DNA from: Gemmatimonadota bacterium
GTDB lineage: Bacteria; Gemmatimonadota; Gemmatimonadetes; Gemmatimonadales; GWC2-71-9
Direction: 5' to 3'
NCBI GenBank assembly: GCA_036679605.1
Contig: JAZDCZ010000091.1
Span: forward strand, 1-64,000
Length of the DNA: 64,000 bases
Part shown: positions 25,549-36,061 of the stretch, in pieces
How positions within the stretch are numbered: position 1 is the stretch's first letter
Layout of the letters: every line of letters starts with the position of its first letter
Notes under the pieces: model-generated
Told to the model about the DNA's origin: nothing
What the model saw: the letters and a program-made list of their open reading frames with translations, nothing else
Databases searched by the model: none
Position numbers and translations under genes: made by a program

Positions 25549-26275
25549 ACGAACGCAACTCCGGGCCGTCCCGCGAGATCACGGCATACCGGTAGCCGTC
25601 CATCCACGCGCCGGGATTTAGATACCAACGCCGCTCTCCACAGAGTTCTAGCACCGGTCGGTGGGTGTGACCTAAGACTATAACGTCCAGTTCCGGTCGC
25701 TCCTCCATGATCCTGGCAGCATATTGGGCCTGTGCAGCAACGGCTCGCCTAGCTGTCTCTTCGTCATCTCGCCTCGACCCTAACCGCCCGGACATGCGCC
25801 TTACTAGGGCGAAACCCAGGTCAGGGTGAAGCCATCTGAAGACCGCCGCCGTCGCAGGGTGACCCACCACTCGATGGATGATCCTCCCGCCCAAGTCGGA
25901 CTCAGCCACCCCGTCTCCGTGGCTTACCAACGCCTGCCAGCCCGCCAGCTCGATTTCGCCGTTCCTTCGGAAGAACGTTGCCCCGAGTTCCTCCTGCCAG
26001 AATCGGCTTCCCCAGCGGTCGTGATTCCCACCGACCACCGTTAGAGCGATCCCCTCGCGGCGTACGCCGGCTAGGGCCTCCAACGTTCCGAAGTGCGCTC
26101 TGGGGATGACGTGGCGGTACTCAAACCAGAAATCGAAGAGATCTCCGTTGATGATCAGGTGGTCACCCAATTCCGGAACCACGGCTAGAAAGCGGCGGAA
26201 AGCCTCAGAAACCTCGTTTGGCGCCGCCCCGAGATGAGCATCGGACACCACGACCGCAGTTGAGTGAGTGGGCAC
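25541..26275 (-). CDS. lpxH: UDP-2,3-diacylglucosamine hydrolase-like metallophosphoesterase
   Basis: SDAHLG, GDLFDFW, GNHD, HGD and GHTH motifs. Confidence 0.8.
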   Translation of the reverse strand: MPTHSTAVVVSDAHLGAAPNEVSEAFRRFLAVVPELGDHLIINGDLFDFWFEYRHVIPRAHFGTLEALAGVRREGIALTVVGGNHDRWGSRFWQEELGATFFRRNGEIELAGWQALVSHGDGVAESDLGGRIIHRVVGHPATAAVFRWLHPDLGFALVRRMSGRLGSRRDDEETARRAVAAQAQYAARIMEERPELDVIVLGHTHRPVLELCGERRWYLNPGAWMDGYRYAVISRDGPELRSFN

Positions 26276-26412
26276 GGCGGGAGTATATCTGGAGCGGCCC
26301 AGCAGCCGCAACCTCCTGTCGCAATTGACTTTTCGCTCGGGAGCATCTTATCTTGCTCCCACGAGTCGATCTCGTGCTCCCAATATGCTCCCATCGGAGG
26401 GTAACCGAACCA

Positions 26413-26703
26413 ATGACGTCGGAAAGCGCTTTAGGCCTGATTGAGACCCGTGGCCTTGTAGGGTCGATTGAGGCGGCTGATGCGATGGTCAAGGCCGCAC
26501 CTGTGAGCTTGCTAGGGAAGGAAAAGGTCGGCGGCGGATACGTCACGATCATGGTGCGCGGTGACGTTGGTGCTGTAAAGGCCGCGACCGATGCCGGGGC
26601 TGCGGCCGCCGAACGCGTCGGGGAGCTGGTCTCCGTGCATGTGATACCGCGGCCACATCAGGAACTCGAACTCATCCTCCCGAACCGCTCCGACGGGGCG
26701 TAG
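26413..26703 (+). CDS. BMC hexamer shell protein (EutM/PduA-like)
   Basis: [35 protein letters not shown]. Confidence 0.95.
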   Translation: MTSESALGLIETRGLVGSIEAADAMVKAAPVSLLGKEKVGGGYVTIMVRGDVGAVKAATDAGAAAAERVGELVSVHVIPRPHQELELILPNRSDGA

Positions 26704-26706
26704 GCC

Positions 26707-27174
26707 ATGGGTTGGTCCGGCCGGGCGCTCGGGCTTATCGAGACCCGCGGACTGGTCGGTGCGATCGAGGCGGCTGACGCCGGGATAAAAGCCGCACCCG
26801 TCGAGTCCGCGGGGTCCGAATATGCCGACGCGGGTCTGGTTACTATTTTTTTCCGTGGCGACGTGGCCGCCGTAAAGGCCGCTGTGGACGCGGGAGCTGC
26901 CGCCGCAGAACGCGTGGGTGAATTGGTTTCGGTTCACGTTATCCCTCGGCCGCACGACGATCTCGACGTGTTGGCCGGTGACGGGCGCTCTCCCCCCGTA
27001 AGGTCAGAGGCCGACGGGCCTGGCAGCTCCTCTAACGATCTCCCTGGCATGAAGGTTGTGGAACTGCGTCGTGCTGCTCGCGCAGTCGAGAATTTTCCCA
27101 TCAAAGGGCGAAACTTGGCGCGCGCCGGTAGGGAGGAGATCCTGGACGCCTTCCGATCCATGGGCCTCCTCTAA
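26707..27174 (+). CDS. BMC shell protein with a C-terminal extension
   Basis: BMC domain plus a KVVELRRAAR.. helical tail. Confidence 0.9.
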   Translation: MGWSGRALGLIETRGLVGAIEAADAGIKAAPVESAGSEYADAGLVTIFFRGDVAAVKAAVDAGAAAAERVGELVSVHVIPRPHDDLDVLAGDGRSPPVRSEADGPGSSSNDLPGMKVVELRRAARAVENFPIKGRNLARAGREEILDAFRSMGLL

Positions 27175-27201
27175 TCGACCCGCCAGCCCACTCGTACTGA
27201 A

Positions 27202-28689
27202 ATGGACCGCGATCTCACATCTGTTCAAGAAGCTCGAGATCTCCTTGTTCGTGCCCATCGGGCGGGGAAGCAGTTCGCCCACGCTAGTCAGGAAGAAGTC
27301 GACAGGATTGTTCGGGCGGTCGGCGAGGCCTGCGAACTGAAGGCTGCTCAACTCGCTCGCTCAGCTGTTGATGAGACTCGGATAGGACGATACGAAGACA
27401 AGGTGACGAAGAACCTGTTTTCATCGATCGATGTGCGAAACTACATACTGCCGCTCAAAACCTGCGGCATCATCCGAGAGGATCCGGATCGAAGAGTGCA
27501 GGAGCGAGCCGTGCCCATGGGGACGATTGCCGCTCTGGTGCCAACGACGAACCCGACTTCCACGGTGATCTACAAGGCGTTGATCGCGATTAAGGCAAGA
27601 GATTCGATCGTCTTCTCTCCACACCCCCGGGCCACGCGCTGTATTGCCGATACCGTACAGGTCGTCGATGAGGCAGCACGCAGCGCTGGTGCGCCGGAGG
27701 ATCTAGTCCTGTCCATGATGACGCCCACCCTCGATGGCACCAGCGAACTGATGCGGCATGAACTCACGGACATGATATTGGCGACCGGCGGATCGGCCAT
27801 GGTCCGTGCTGCGTATAGCTCAGGGAAACCTGCCTATGGTGTGGGACCGGGGAACGTTCCAGCGATTGTCGAACGGACCGCCCATGTGGGTAAGGCCGTA
27901 GCCGACATAATTGCGGGGAAAAACTTCGACTACGGGCTGCTGTGTTCGGCCGAGAATTCTCTCATCTGTGACGCCCCAATCGAAGCAGACGTGCGCAACG
28001 AACTCAGGCGTCAACGTGCAGTCTTCGTGACCGGTGCCGAACGAGACCGGTTGCAGCGAGCGATGCAAGACCCACGGACCGGTGGAATCAATAGCGAGAT
28101 CGTCGGCCTCCCTGCTACGGAGATCGCACAGCGGGCCGGTATATCGGTGGCAGGTGATACGAGGGTCCTCGTCTGTGAGTGCGAATCGGTCGGACAACAG
28201 GAGTTTTTCTCGCGGGAGAAGCTCTCGCCGGTACTGGCCTTTTACGTCGAGAACGGTTGGGAGAAGTGTTGCGAGCGAAGCATAGAACTGCTTGAGTTCG
28301 GAGGGGTCGGTCACTCGCTGGTTATTCACAGCAACGATGAGAACGTTATCCAGCGATTCTTTGAAGAGAAACCTGCGTTCAGAATCGTGGTAAACACGGT
28401 TTGCGCTCTCGGGGCTGTCGGAAGCACCACTGGACTGGCTCCGGCAATGACCCTCGGCCCGGGGGCGTGGGGTGGGTCGTCTACGAGTGACAACATCACG
28501 CCGTTACACTTGATCAACATCAAGAGACTGGCCCGAGAGACCAAACCGTTCGTGGCAGTCGACGCCCCTGAAGGTGCCTCTGCGGGCATCGCACCTCTCG
28601 CTAAGGCCAACAGAAGCTCGCCGGAAAAAGAGATCGCACAGGCGGTTGAGTCGTTCCTAGCGGAACGGCGTGCCAGGAGAAGTTCATGA
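27202..28689 (+). CDS. CoA-acylating aldehyde dehydrogenase (EutE/AdhE-N-like)
   Basis: PTTNPTST, ATGG, GVGPGN and catalytic LCSAEN. Confidence 0.9.
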   Translation: MDRDLTSVQEARDLLVRAHRAGKQFAHASQEEVDRIVRAVGEACELKAAQLARSAVDETRIGRYEDKVTKNLFSSIDVRNYILPLKTCGIIREDPDRRVQERAVPMGTIAALVPTTNPTSTVIYKALIAIKARDSIVFSPHPRATRCIADTVQVVDEAARSAGAPEDLVLSMMTPTLDGTSELMRHELTDMILATGGSAMVRAAYSSGKPAYGVGPGNVPAIVERTAHVGKAVADIIAGKNFDYGLLCSAENSLICDAPIEADVRNELRRQRAVFVTGAERDRLQRAMQDPRTGGINSEIVGLPATEIAQRAGISVAGDTRVLVCECESVGQQEFFSREKLSPVLAFYVENGWEKCCERSIELLEFGGVGHSLVIHSNDENVIQRFFEEKPAFRIVVNTVCALGAVGSTTGLAPAMTLGPGAWGGSSTSDNITPLHLINIKRLARETKPFVAVDAPEGASAGIAPLAKANRSSPEKEIAQAVESFLAERRARRSS

Positions 28690-29738
28690 CTCCGCAGGAA
28701 ATCCAGGAACTCGCCGCCCGCATCGCCGATGTGCTTGGCAAGCGCGAGTGGCTTCCAGGAACGGTCCGGCCAGATCCTCCAGCGCGACCTACTCCCGGGG
28801 CACTTCCCGCATGGGCGGGGGCCGCTCAGCAACTGAGTGATGTTGCTCCTGTCACCGGCCGCCGAACGCGTTCCGGCCGGCACCGACCCTCGTATGATGG
28901 CATCACGGTGGCGGCCCGCGGGGCTGCGGCCGGGACAGCACCGGCTCCAATGCCGGGTGGTGGAGAGGACGATGTGGAGAGCGCCGCGAGTGGACGTATC
29001 GTGCCGATAGCTATCTCGAATCGCCATATCCACGTGTCTGCCAGTGATTTTCAAACACTGTTCGGAGCCACCAAGGAGCCGACGCCCGATCGACCGATCA
29101 CCCAGCCGGGCCAGTTCGCTGCCAACGAGAAGGTGCGTGTTGTGGGTCCTGCCTCGGCGATCGACAATGTGCGGATAGTTGGGCCGACACGCAGCACCAC
29201 CCAGGTGGAGCTTTCTTTCAGTGACTGTCGTGCCCTAGGCCTCGAAGTGCCAGTCCGCCGATCGGGCGATACAACGGGAAGCGCACCGGTGCAGCTGGAG
29301 GGCCCAGTCGGGAGCCTGGAGTTGCGAGAAGGTGCCATAATTGCTGCACGTCACCTTCATCTGTCAGAGGCAGATGCCTCCAGACTCGGTATGGCCGATG
29401 GTGACAGGGTAACAGTGGTGCTGGGTCAGGGGGACCGGCGTGCCAGGCTCTCCGACGTGCTGGTGAGGTCTGGCAAGGAACACGCGACGGAACTGCATCT
29501 CGACACCGACGAGGCACGGGCATTCAACGTGCGGCAGGGCGATTCGGCAACGATATTGGGCCGCCCGCGTCGCATGGCTGAGGCGCGTGGTGGCGGCAAG
29601 CGAAAATTAATCACCGAACGTGACATAAGCCGAATAGCAGCGGCTGGTCGAACCTTGGGGAATTCGTGCCCGTACATAATTACGCCGGCGGCCAAGGATC
29701 GCGCGAAGGCCCTTGGGATTTGGCGGGAGAGTCGGTGA
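28686..29738 (+). CDS. pduL: PduL-family phosphotransacylase with N- and C-terminal extensions
   Basis: SNRHIH, QPGQFA, ARHLH and ELHLDTDEA motifs. Confidence 0.88.
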   Translation: MTPQEIQELAARIADVLGKREWLPGTVRPDPPARPTPGALPAWAGAAQQLSDVAPVTGRRTRSGRHRPSYDGITVAARGAAAGTAPAPMPGGGEDDVESAASGRIVPIAISNRHIHVSASDFQTLFGATKEPTPDRPITQPGQFAANEKVRVVGPASAIDNVRIVGPTRSTTQVELSFSDCRALGLEVPVRRSGDTTGSAPVQLEGPVGSLELREGAIIAARHLHLSEADASRLGMADGDRVTVVLGQGDRRARLSDVLVRSGKEHATELHLDTDEARAFNVRQGDSATILGRPRRMAEARGGGKRKLITERDISRIAAAGRTLGNSCPYIITPAAKDRAKALGIWRESR

Positions 29739-30163
29739 CGGGACCGGATATCACGGTGAGTCCACTGCGAGTGCGATACGCCGAGACCGATCAGATGGGC
29801 ATTGTACACCACGCGGTTTATCTGATCTGGTGTGAACTGGCACGTACCGATCACATGCGCGAGAAAGGCATCAATTACAGCAACCTGGAGGCGCAAGGCC
29901 TCAAACTCCCTGTCGTGGATGCTCGTCTGCGGTACCGAGCGCCGGCGAGGTATGACGAAGTGTTGGAAGTCCGTTGTTGGGTTCGTGATGTATCGAGCCG
30001 AAGAGTGATCTTCGGCTATGCGGTAGATCGCGTTGATGACGGCCGGCTGCTTGCGACGGCGCAAACGTCGCTGATCGCGGTAGATTCTAACCATGAAATC
30101 ACTTCTCTGCCTCCGTCGGTTCGAACAAAGCTCGTTTCTGTCGCTGACCCGGTTCGCGTTTAG
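29735..30163 (+). CDS. Acyl-CoA thioesterase (YbgC/FadM family)
   Basis: RVRYAETDQMGIVHH. Confidence 0.9.
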   Translation: MTGPDITVSPLRVRYAETDQMGIVHHAVYLIWCELARTDHMREKGINYSNLEAQGLKLPVVDARLRYRAPARYDEVLEVRCWVRDVSSRRVIFGYAVDRVDDGRLLATAQTSLIAVDSNHEITSLPPSVRTKLVSVADPVRV

Positions 30164-30214
30164 TCCCGCGGTCGGGTTGCTCCGCTCGGATACCATCGGC
30201 ACATTGAGGTTGAG

Positions 30215-30901
30215 GTGAGCCCGATGAGGTCGCTGCTGATTGTCTCCACAGCTGTTTTGGTGGGCACCGCATGCAACAGGCCTCCCCGTCCTCTTGCGCC
30301 CCTCGGGATGATACCTATGTCGCGCGACACAGCACGTGCCTGGGTGGCCGAGCTGGCCCCCACCGAGTTGAGGCGCTACGACCTGCGGTGGAGATTCCAA
30401 AACCAACAGGCCTCAGTGGCTGGCCGCGGGGCAGTGCGATTGGCTCCACCTGACTCTCTCCGGTTCGACTATCGAGCCCCGTTCGGGAGGTCTGGCGCGG
30501 CGGTCGTCGTCGATGATGAGGTGATCTGGCGCGAGCCTGAGGACGGAGTCCAGCTTATCCCAGTAGTAGCGCTTTTTTGGGCCGCACTCGGCATTCCCCG
30601 ACTGCCGCCGGTTGGCTCAAAGGTGATGGGGCTCGCAGATGGAGATAGGCGTATCTGGCAATATTTGGTAGACGGAGACACTCTAACCTATGTGGTTAGG
30701 AGTGGATCTCTTAGATTGCAGGCAGAGATCAGACAGCCGGGGAGGCTAGTCGGGACAGTAGATGTCAGGTTTGACCCGGAGACGCATTTGCCGACCCAGG
30801 CGACGCTAACGTTTCCTGAGAAGGCGGCGATCCTGCGATTCACTGTGGAGGAAATTGAAGAACTTGCATCACTGGATGCGGATATTTGGAAGAGGCCTTA
30901 G
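30215..30901 (+). CDS. Lipoprotein of unknown function
   Basis: Lipobox-like GTAC; beta-rich composition. Confidence 0.7.
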   Translation: MSPMRSLLIVSTAVLVGTACNRPPRPLAPLGMIPMSRDTARAWVAELAPTELRRYDLRWRFQNQQASVAGRGAVRLAPPDSLRFDYRAPFGRSGAAVVVDDEVIWREPEDGVQLIPVVALFWAALGIPRLPPVGSKVMGLADGDRRIWQYLVDGDTLTYVVRSGSLRLQAEIRQPGRLVGTVDVRFDPETHLPTQATLTFPEKAAILRFTVEEIEELASLDADIWKRP

Positions 30902-31385
30902 CCGCTTGGTACTGGCAGGTGGTCTCCTTGCGATCAGCGCCTGCTTTTATGGATTTTCCGGTGGCGGACTACCGAGTCACATAAGGACGGTGGCGATATT
31001 GCCGTTTGACAACGAGACACCCGAGCCGAGCCTCACGCAAGAGGTCTCGGAAGCGATCAGAACGGCCATGGAAAACAGGTTGGGTCTCAGGCTTGCCGCT
31101 GAGGCCACTGCGGATGCGGTGGTGAGGGGTTCAATCACGCGCTACGCAGCCGATATTCCGCTTTCCTTTCAAGCCACCGGCGGTAATGTAAACGTAACGC
31201 GCAGACGTGTTCAACTCTCTCTCAGAGTAGAGATATTTGATCAACTCGAGCAGCGAGTGCTTTGGGAAAGGACCGGTATTCGAGTGGACGGCGAGTACGA
31301 ACCGCCCAACGAGGAGAAGGGCAGGGAAGTCGCACTAGAGAAGCTGGTAGACGACATTGTGGATGGAGCCCAATCTCAGTGGTAA
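30876..31385 (+). CDS. lptE: LptE-like LPS assembly lipoprotein
   Basis: ISACFYGF..GLPSHIRTVAI.PFDN.T. Confidence 0.78.
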   Translation: MRIFGRGLSRLVLAGGLLAISACFYGFSGGGLPSHIRTVAILPFDNETPEPSLTQEVSEAIRTAMENRLGLRLAAEATADAVVRGSITRYAADIPLSFQATGGNVNVTRRRVQLSLRVEIFDQLEQRVLWERTGIRVDGEYEPPNEEKGREVALEKLVDDIVDGAQSQW

Positions 31386-31402
31386 GAAGACATACGGCGA
31401 TC

Positions 31403-31759
31403 GTGCGCAACACCAGCGGCAAGGGCAGGCTCGGAACACTCTTCGTTCTGATGCTATTTGCAGTGGGAGCCTACTACGGAGTGACCGTCGGAAAATCGTA
31501 TGTGCAATTTTGGAGACTTGAACAAGCGGTTCGAACTGAGGTTCGGCTGGCCCCGGGTATCACAGACGACACGATTCGGCGGCGGCTAAGAGCCAAGGTA
31601 GCCGAACTCGGCTTGCCGGATCAAGCATACAACATTCAGATTCAGCGACGAGAGCGCCCCAAAGAGATTATTGTGAAGGCATCTTACCAGGTGCTTCTCG
31701 AACTGCCGTTCGTGGACCGGCTCCATACGTTCAAGATCGAGATTAGAAATCCTCTCTAG
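31403..31759 (+). CDS. Membrane-anchored hypothetical protein
   Basis: Single N-terminal TM helix; start approximate. Confidence 0.65.
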   Translation: MRNTSGKGRLGTLFVLMLFAVGAYYGVTVGKSYVQFWRLEQAVRTEVRLAPGITDDTIRRRLRAKVAELGLPDQAYNIQIQRRERPKEIIVKASYQVLLELPFVDRLHTFKIEIRNPL

Positions 31760-31784
31760 CGCACGAACTAGGCTGGCGGTCAGT

Positions 31785-33134
31785 GTGGTAGGAGTGGTCG
31801 TGCTACTTTCGTGGGTCCCAGCAACCTTACACGCTGCCGTCTCAGCCAGTGCCGGCGATCTGGACGTGGCTCAGCTTTTCCTCCTACTCGGCCTCTTGCT
31901 TCTCGTGGGTAAATTTTCCGGCGAGTTGAGTGAACGAATCGGCCAGCCCGCAGTACTGGGTGAACTTGTCGCCGGCGCTCTTCTGGGCGGGGGTGCCCTT
32001 GGCATCATTCCGACGTCACCCGACAATCCGACAACCGAAATAATCAAAGTGTTGGCTGAGGTGGGCGTAGTGATCCTGCTATTTGAGATCGGCCTGGAAA
32101 CCGACCTCAAAGCGTTGTTTCGGGTTGGGCGAGGGGCGCTCGCCGTTGCTTTCGTTGGCGTGGCATTGCCGATGGCGGGCGGTGTCCTGTTCTGGATGTC
32201 ACCTCTGGCCAATCGAGAGTTCGCGCCCGCCAGCGTCGAGCACACCGCCATCTTTATCGGGGCGGCGCTTACCGCTACATCAGTGGGTATTACGGCCCGA
32301 GTCCTACAGGATCTCCGGGTCATGCACAGCATTGAAGCGCGTCTCATCATCGGGGCTGCGGTGATCGACGATGTGATCGGACTGATAATGTTGGGCTTGG
32401 TGTCATCACTCGCCGCGGGCCAATCGATAACTGCGCTTGGTGTTGGTCGATCCATCGCCGCGGCTGTCGGATTCTTGGTTGTTGCCGTGGGTATCGGACT
32501 GATCAGTGCACCGAAGATCTTCGATCTGTTCAACCGCATGCGCGTTCGAGGAGTTCTGCTTGTCGCAGCCATCGCATTCACACTCATAGTCGCTGCCCTT
32601 GCGGATAAGCTGGGATCTGCGATGATCATCGGGGCCTTTGCGGCGGGGTTGATACTTTCCGGAACCAATCAGTTCGATCTCATTGCAGACCGCACAAAGC
32701 CGGTGGCCGACATATTCACACCCATATTTTTTCTCAGCATCGGCGCCGAGTTCGATATTCGTCTTCTCAATCCGTTCCAGCCCGAGAACATTCCCGTGCT
32801 GCAACTTGGCGGCATCCTGCTCGTGATTGCGATCCTTGGCAAGCTGGCGGCAGGTTGGGCCGTGCCGTGGAGGCGGTACAATCGACTCGCGGTGGGTGTA
32901 GGCATGATGCCGCGCGGTGAGGTAGGTCTCATCTTTGCGGGCCTCGGCTTAGCAACCGGAGTTCTGAGTCACGAGTTGTTCGGCTCAATAATCATCATGG
33001 TGATAGGAACTACGTTTATTGCACCGCCGATTCTAAAATTGGCCTTCAACCGGTTCGGAGTGACGCACCCCGATCAAGACGGACCGACAGTGTTGATCAA
33101 GGACGGGAAGGGGAGTTCACATGCCGCGACCTGA
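31785..33134 (+). CDS. CPA2 cation:proton antiporter
   Basis: [21 protein letters not shown] and PRGEV motifs; many TM helices. Confidence 0.92.
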   Translation: MVGVVVLLSWVPATLHAAVSASAGDLDVAQLFLLLGLLLLVGKFSGELSERIGQPAVLGELVAGALLGGGALGIIPTSPDNPTTEIIKVLAEVGVVILLFEIGLETDLKALFRVGRGALAVAFVGVALPMAGGVLFWMSPLANREFAPASVEHTAIFIGAALTATSVGITARVLQDLRVMHSIEARLIIGAAVIDDVIGLIMLGLVSSLAAGQSITALGVGRSIAAAVGFLVVAVGIGLISAPKIFDLFNRMRVRGVLLVAAIAFTLIVAALADKLGSAMIIGAFAAGLILSGTNQFDLIADRTKPVADIFTPIFFLSIGAEFDIRLLNPFQPENIPVLQLGGILLVIAILGKLAAGWAVPWRRYNRLAVGVGMMPRGEVGLIFAGLGLATGVLSHELFGSIIIMVIGTTFIAPPILKLAFNRFGVTHPDQDGPTVLIKDGKGSSHAAT

Positions 33135-33831
33135 CGGCCGCAAACCTGATGAGCTTCGCGCAATAAGGCTGGAGCGGGACTCCAGTCCCTATGCCGAGGG
33201 ATCGTGCCTTACTCACTTTGGCGACACTGTCGTACTTTGCACCGCCAGCGTGGTTGAGAGCGTGCCGCGATGGCGACGCGGAAGCGGGCAAGGATGGCTG
33301 ACCGCAGAGTATTCGATGCTTCCTAGGGCTACGCTGGAGCGTACTTCGAGAGAACGACGGGGACCGGGCGGTCGCACGTCGGAAATCCAGAGGCTGATAG
33401 GCCGGAGCCTGAGAGCGGCTCTCACAGGGTTCGATTTCGGCGAGCGCACTATCCAGATCGATTGTGATGTACTGCAGGCGGACGGTGGCACCAGGACCGC
33501 AGCGATTACGGGGGCAACGGTGGCACTGGCTGACGCCTGTGCGTGGATCGCCAAGAAGCGAAAAGTTGCCAACCCTTTCGCACGCCTTGTGGCGGCCGTC
33601 TCAGTCGGCATCGTGGATGGTCAGGCGGTTCTCGATCTTCCGTACGCCGAGGACAAAACCGCCCAAGTAGATGCGAACATCGTAATGGCCGAGCCGGACG
33701 AATATGTTGAGGTGCAGAGTACCGCCGAACGAGAACCTTTCACGCGAAATGAGTTCGACCAAATGCTGGCACTGGCATCGGGCGGTACCATCCGGCTGTT
33801 TGAGGAGCAACACAGCGTACTGGGGTGGTGA
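33121..33831 (+). CDS. rph: Ribonuclease PH
   Basis: [14 protein letters not shown] and [16 protein letters not shown]. Confidence 0.97.
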   Translation: MPRPDGRKPDELRAIRLERDSSPYAEGSCLTHFGDTVVLCTASVVESVPRWRRGSGQGWLTAEYSMLPRATLERTSRERRGPGGRTSEIQRLIGRSLRAALTGFDFGERTIQIDCDVLQADGGTRTAAITGATVALADACAWIAKKRKVANPFARLVAAVSVGIVDGQAVLDLPYAEDKTAQVDANIVMAEPDEYVEVQSTAEREPFTRNEFDQMLALASGGTIRLFEEQHSVLGW

Positions 33832-34445
33832 ATAAGCGGCTTCTGTTTGCCACTCGGAACGTGGGCAAAGCGCGCGAAATCAAGCGGATCTTGAGCGATC
33901 TACCCTACGAAATAGTCTTCCCCGACGACATCGGTATCTACGAGCAGCCGGACGAGACATTGGTGGAAGATGCTGCGACGTTCTCGGGCAACGCTCACAG
34001 AAAGGCCGAGTACTTCGCGCAACGAGCGGGCACTCCAACCGTAGCAGAAGATTCGGGGCTGGAGGTTTTTTCCCTGGGGGGTGCACCCGGTGTGCGCTCC
34101 CGTCGTTTTGCGTTGCCCACGGCCGACCAAGACAAGGCAAATAATGCGGAACTGCTGCGACGTCTGGCGGGGGCGTCGTCCCAGCGTCGGCACGCGCGGT
34201 ATTGTTGCAGTGTGGTCTTCTTGGGGAGCCCTGCCGACCTACCCGCGGTCTTCGACGGCGAGTGCAGTGGTATGATCCTAGAGGAGGCTCGCGGCGATGG
34301 CGGATTCGGGTACGACCCGCTGTTCTTTTCCGACGATCTTTGCAAGAGTTTTGGGGAGGCCGGAGTGGCGGAGAAAGACGCCGTTAGCCATCGGGGCAGG
34401 GCGTTGCGGGCGTTTGCAGAGTGGTTGTTGGAGCATCCTCTGTAG
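33825..34445 (+). CDS. rdgB: dITP/XTP pyrophosphatase
   Basis: [20 protein letters not shown] and SHRGRA; follows rph. Confidence 0.95.
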   Translation: MVNKRLLFATRNVGKAREIKRILSDLPYEIVFPDDIGIYEQPDETLVEDAATFSGNAHRKAEYFAQRAGTPTVAEDSGLEVFSLGGAPGVRSRRFALPTADQDKANNAELLRRLAGASSQRRHARYCCSVVFLGSPADLPAVFDGECSGMILEEARGDGGFGYDPLFFSDDLCKSFGEAGVAEKDAVSHRGRALRAFAEWLLEHPL

Positions 34446-34447
34446 CT

Positions 34448-34648
34448 TCATCTCCGCAGTATCAGGTACCCCGGGTCACACCTCAGGGCACGGGCCAATC
34501 CCTCCAAATTCGGAAAGTTGATGGAGCTAACCTCTCCACTCTCCAACCTAGAGATGATGGCTTGGTTAACGCCTGATCGCCGAGCCAGTTCCGCCTGGGA
34601 CCAGCCGTTCACCCTCCGCAGTTCCTGAATCCGAAGAACGATTGCCAT
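34448..34648 (-). CDS. Small XRE HTH regulator
   Basis: WSQAELARRSGVNQAIISRLE. Confidence 0.85.
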   Translation of the reverse strand: MAIVLRIQELRRVNGWSQAELARRSGVNQAIISRLESGEVSSINFPNLEGLARALRCDPGYLILRR

Positions 34649-34650
34649 GA

Positions 34651-34725
34651 GCTATGTGATATCACATCGCAAAAAAAGGGCCGCTAGAGTAACACTCTCT
34701 TGACATCTATGCAAGATCACATAGC
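34651..34725. promoter_or_regulatory. Divergent promoter with operators
   Basis: Perfect palindrome ATGTGATATCACAT (34654-34667), a second half-site ATCACATAGC (34716-34725) and TTGACA at 34700. Confidence 0.6.
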
Positions 34726-34785
34726 TTGTATCCGCCATATGAGACATCCCCACTGCTATAGCCGGGCCCTATCTGGAGGTAAGAC

Positions 34786-35178
34786 ATGGAGTTAGAGATT
34801 CCCTTCGAAGGCCGTCTGCATGCCGAACTGAACGATCGTTATGCGCGACTCTGCCTACAATTCGGGGCGAGAAGGGTAATTTCGCCCGGGCCGGCCCTGA
34901 TCATCTCCTTTTCCGAGGTGACCAGAGAGATGAGGACTCAGGGCAGTGAAGACGTTATTGCTGAGTGCATCCAGTACGCTGGAGATACCTACGAATACAT
35001 AGTCACCCGATGGCAGGACCCACGCTGGCGGGTGATCCTGGCCATAGCCCTCGAGATGGGGCTACAGCAAGAAGACTCGGGGGTCAACGAGGGGCCTGTT
35101 GTGGTACCGGCGCAACATCGATCGGAGGCCTTCTTCTTCCAGGATATGGCCCTAGCAGGGTCCGGGGTGGACGGCTAG
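34786..35178 (+). CDS. Hypothetical protein
   Basis: GGAGG RBS; 130 aa. Confidence 0.55.
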   Translation: MELEIPFEGRLHAELNDRYARLCLQFGARRVISPGPALIISFSEVTREMRTQGSEDVIAECIQYAGDTYEYIVTRWQDPRWRVILAIALEMGLQQEDSGVNEGPVVVPAQHRSEAFFFQDMALAGSGVDG

Positions 35179-35402
35179 CACCCAGGCAGGTCAACCTCAA
35201 CAGCTTCGCCCCTACGCAGCTGTGCCGCGGAGTTGCCTCTCAGGTCTACTTCCCGCGATTCGGGGCTCGGGGCGCCCCGTTGCCGGCTTACAAACCCATT
35301 CCGGCGGGGCTCACTTGTGGCCGAGTCCAATTGGTACCAGCTTTGACACCTCCTACGTGATGACAAGCGGCCATTGCTATGCTTCGGGAGGAGGTGAAGG
35401 TC

Positions 35403-35798
35403 ATGCACCGAGATCGAGAAGGCTTCACGTTGATAGAGATTCTCATCGTGGTAGTCATCATTGGGATCCTTGCGGCAGTTGCCATACCAAAGTACACCAG
35501 AGTGAAGTCACAGGGATATGTTGCCACGGTTAAGAGCGACCTCAAGAACCTCTCGACCGCAGAAGAATCGTACTTTGCCGCATCCAACACCTACGCGACC
35601 TCGGCGCAACTTGCGGTTGAGAATTACTTCGCACCGTCACGCGGGGTTAATGTCACTATCTCCTCGATCACTTCCACCGGTTGGTCGGCTACTGCTACTC
35701 ACGGTGGGTTCAGCGGTATGACGGCGTGCGGAGTTTACGTTGGCACGGCGACGTCACCGGACGCGAGCTTGAATCTTGGCCAGGTGGGTTGCTGGTAG
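35403..35798 (+). CDS. Type IV pilin
   Basis: G|FTLIEILIVVVIIGILAAVAIP prepilin motif; C-terminal Cys pair. Confidence 0.92.
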   Translation: MHRDREGFTLIEILIVVVIIGILAAVAIPKYTRVKSQGYVATVKSDLKNLSTAEESYFAASNTYATSAQLAVENYFAPSRGVNVTISSITSTGWSATATHGGFSGMTACGVYVGTATSPDASLNLGQVGCW

Positions 35799-35893
35799 AC
35801 GGACAGGATAGCTAGTCCCGAAAAAACCGCGCCTAGACAAACCACCCCTACGGAACGCCGCTAGCAGTCGTTAATTTATCCTGGACCGAGAAA

Positions 35894-35967
35894 CGGGGCG
35901 TGGCGCAGTCCGGTAGCGCGCCTGCTTTGGGAGCAGGAAGTCGTCGGTTCAAATCCGGCCGCCCCGA
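35894..35967 (+). tRNA. tRNA-Pro(TGG)
   Basis: Cloverleaf CGGGGCG..CGCCCCG-A; anticodon arm CCTGC-TTTGGGA-GCAGG. Confidence 0.95.
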
Positions 35968-36061
35968 CTATGCCTAACCGTTCGCATAACAACACGTTGC
36001 ACGGTTGGGCGTTTTTCATGAAGATGGCCGACTCAGTGAAAACCTCAGTGAAAATGTTCAC

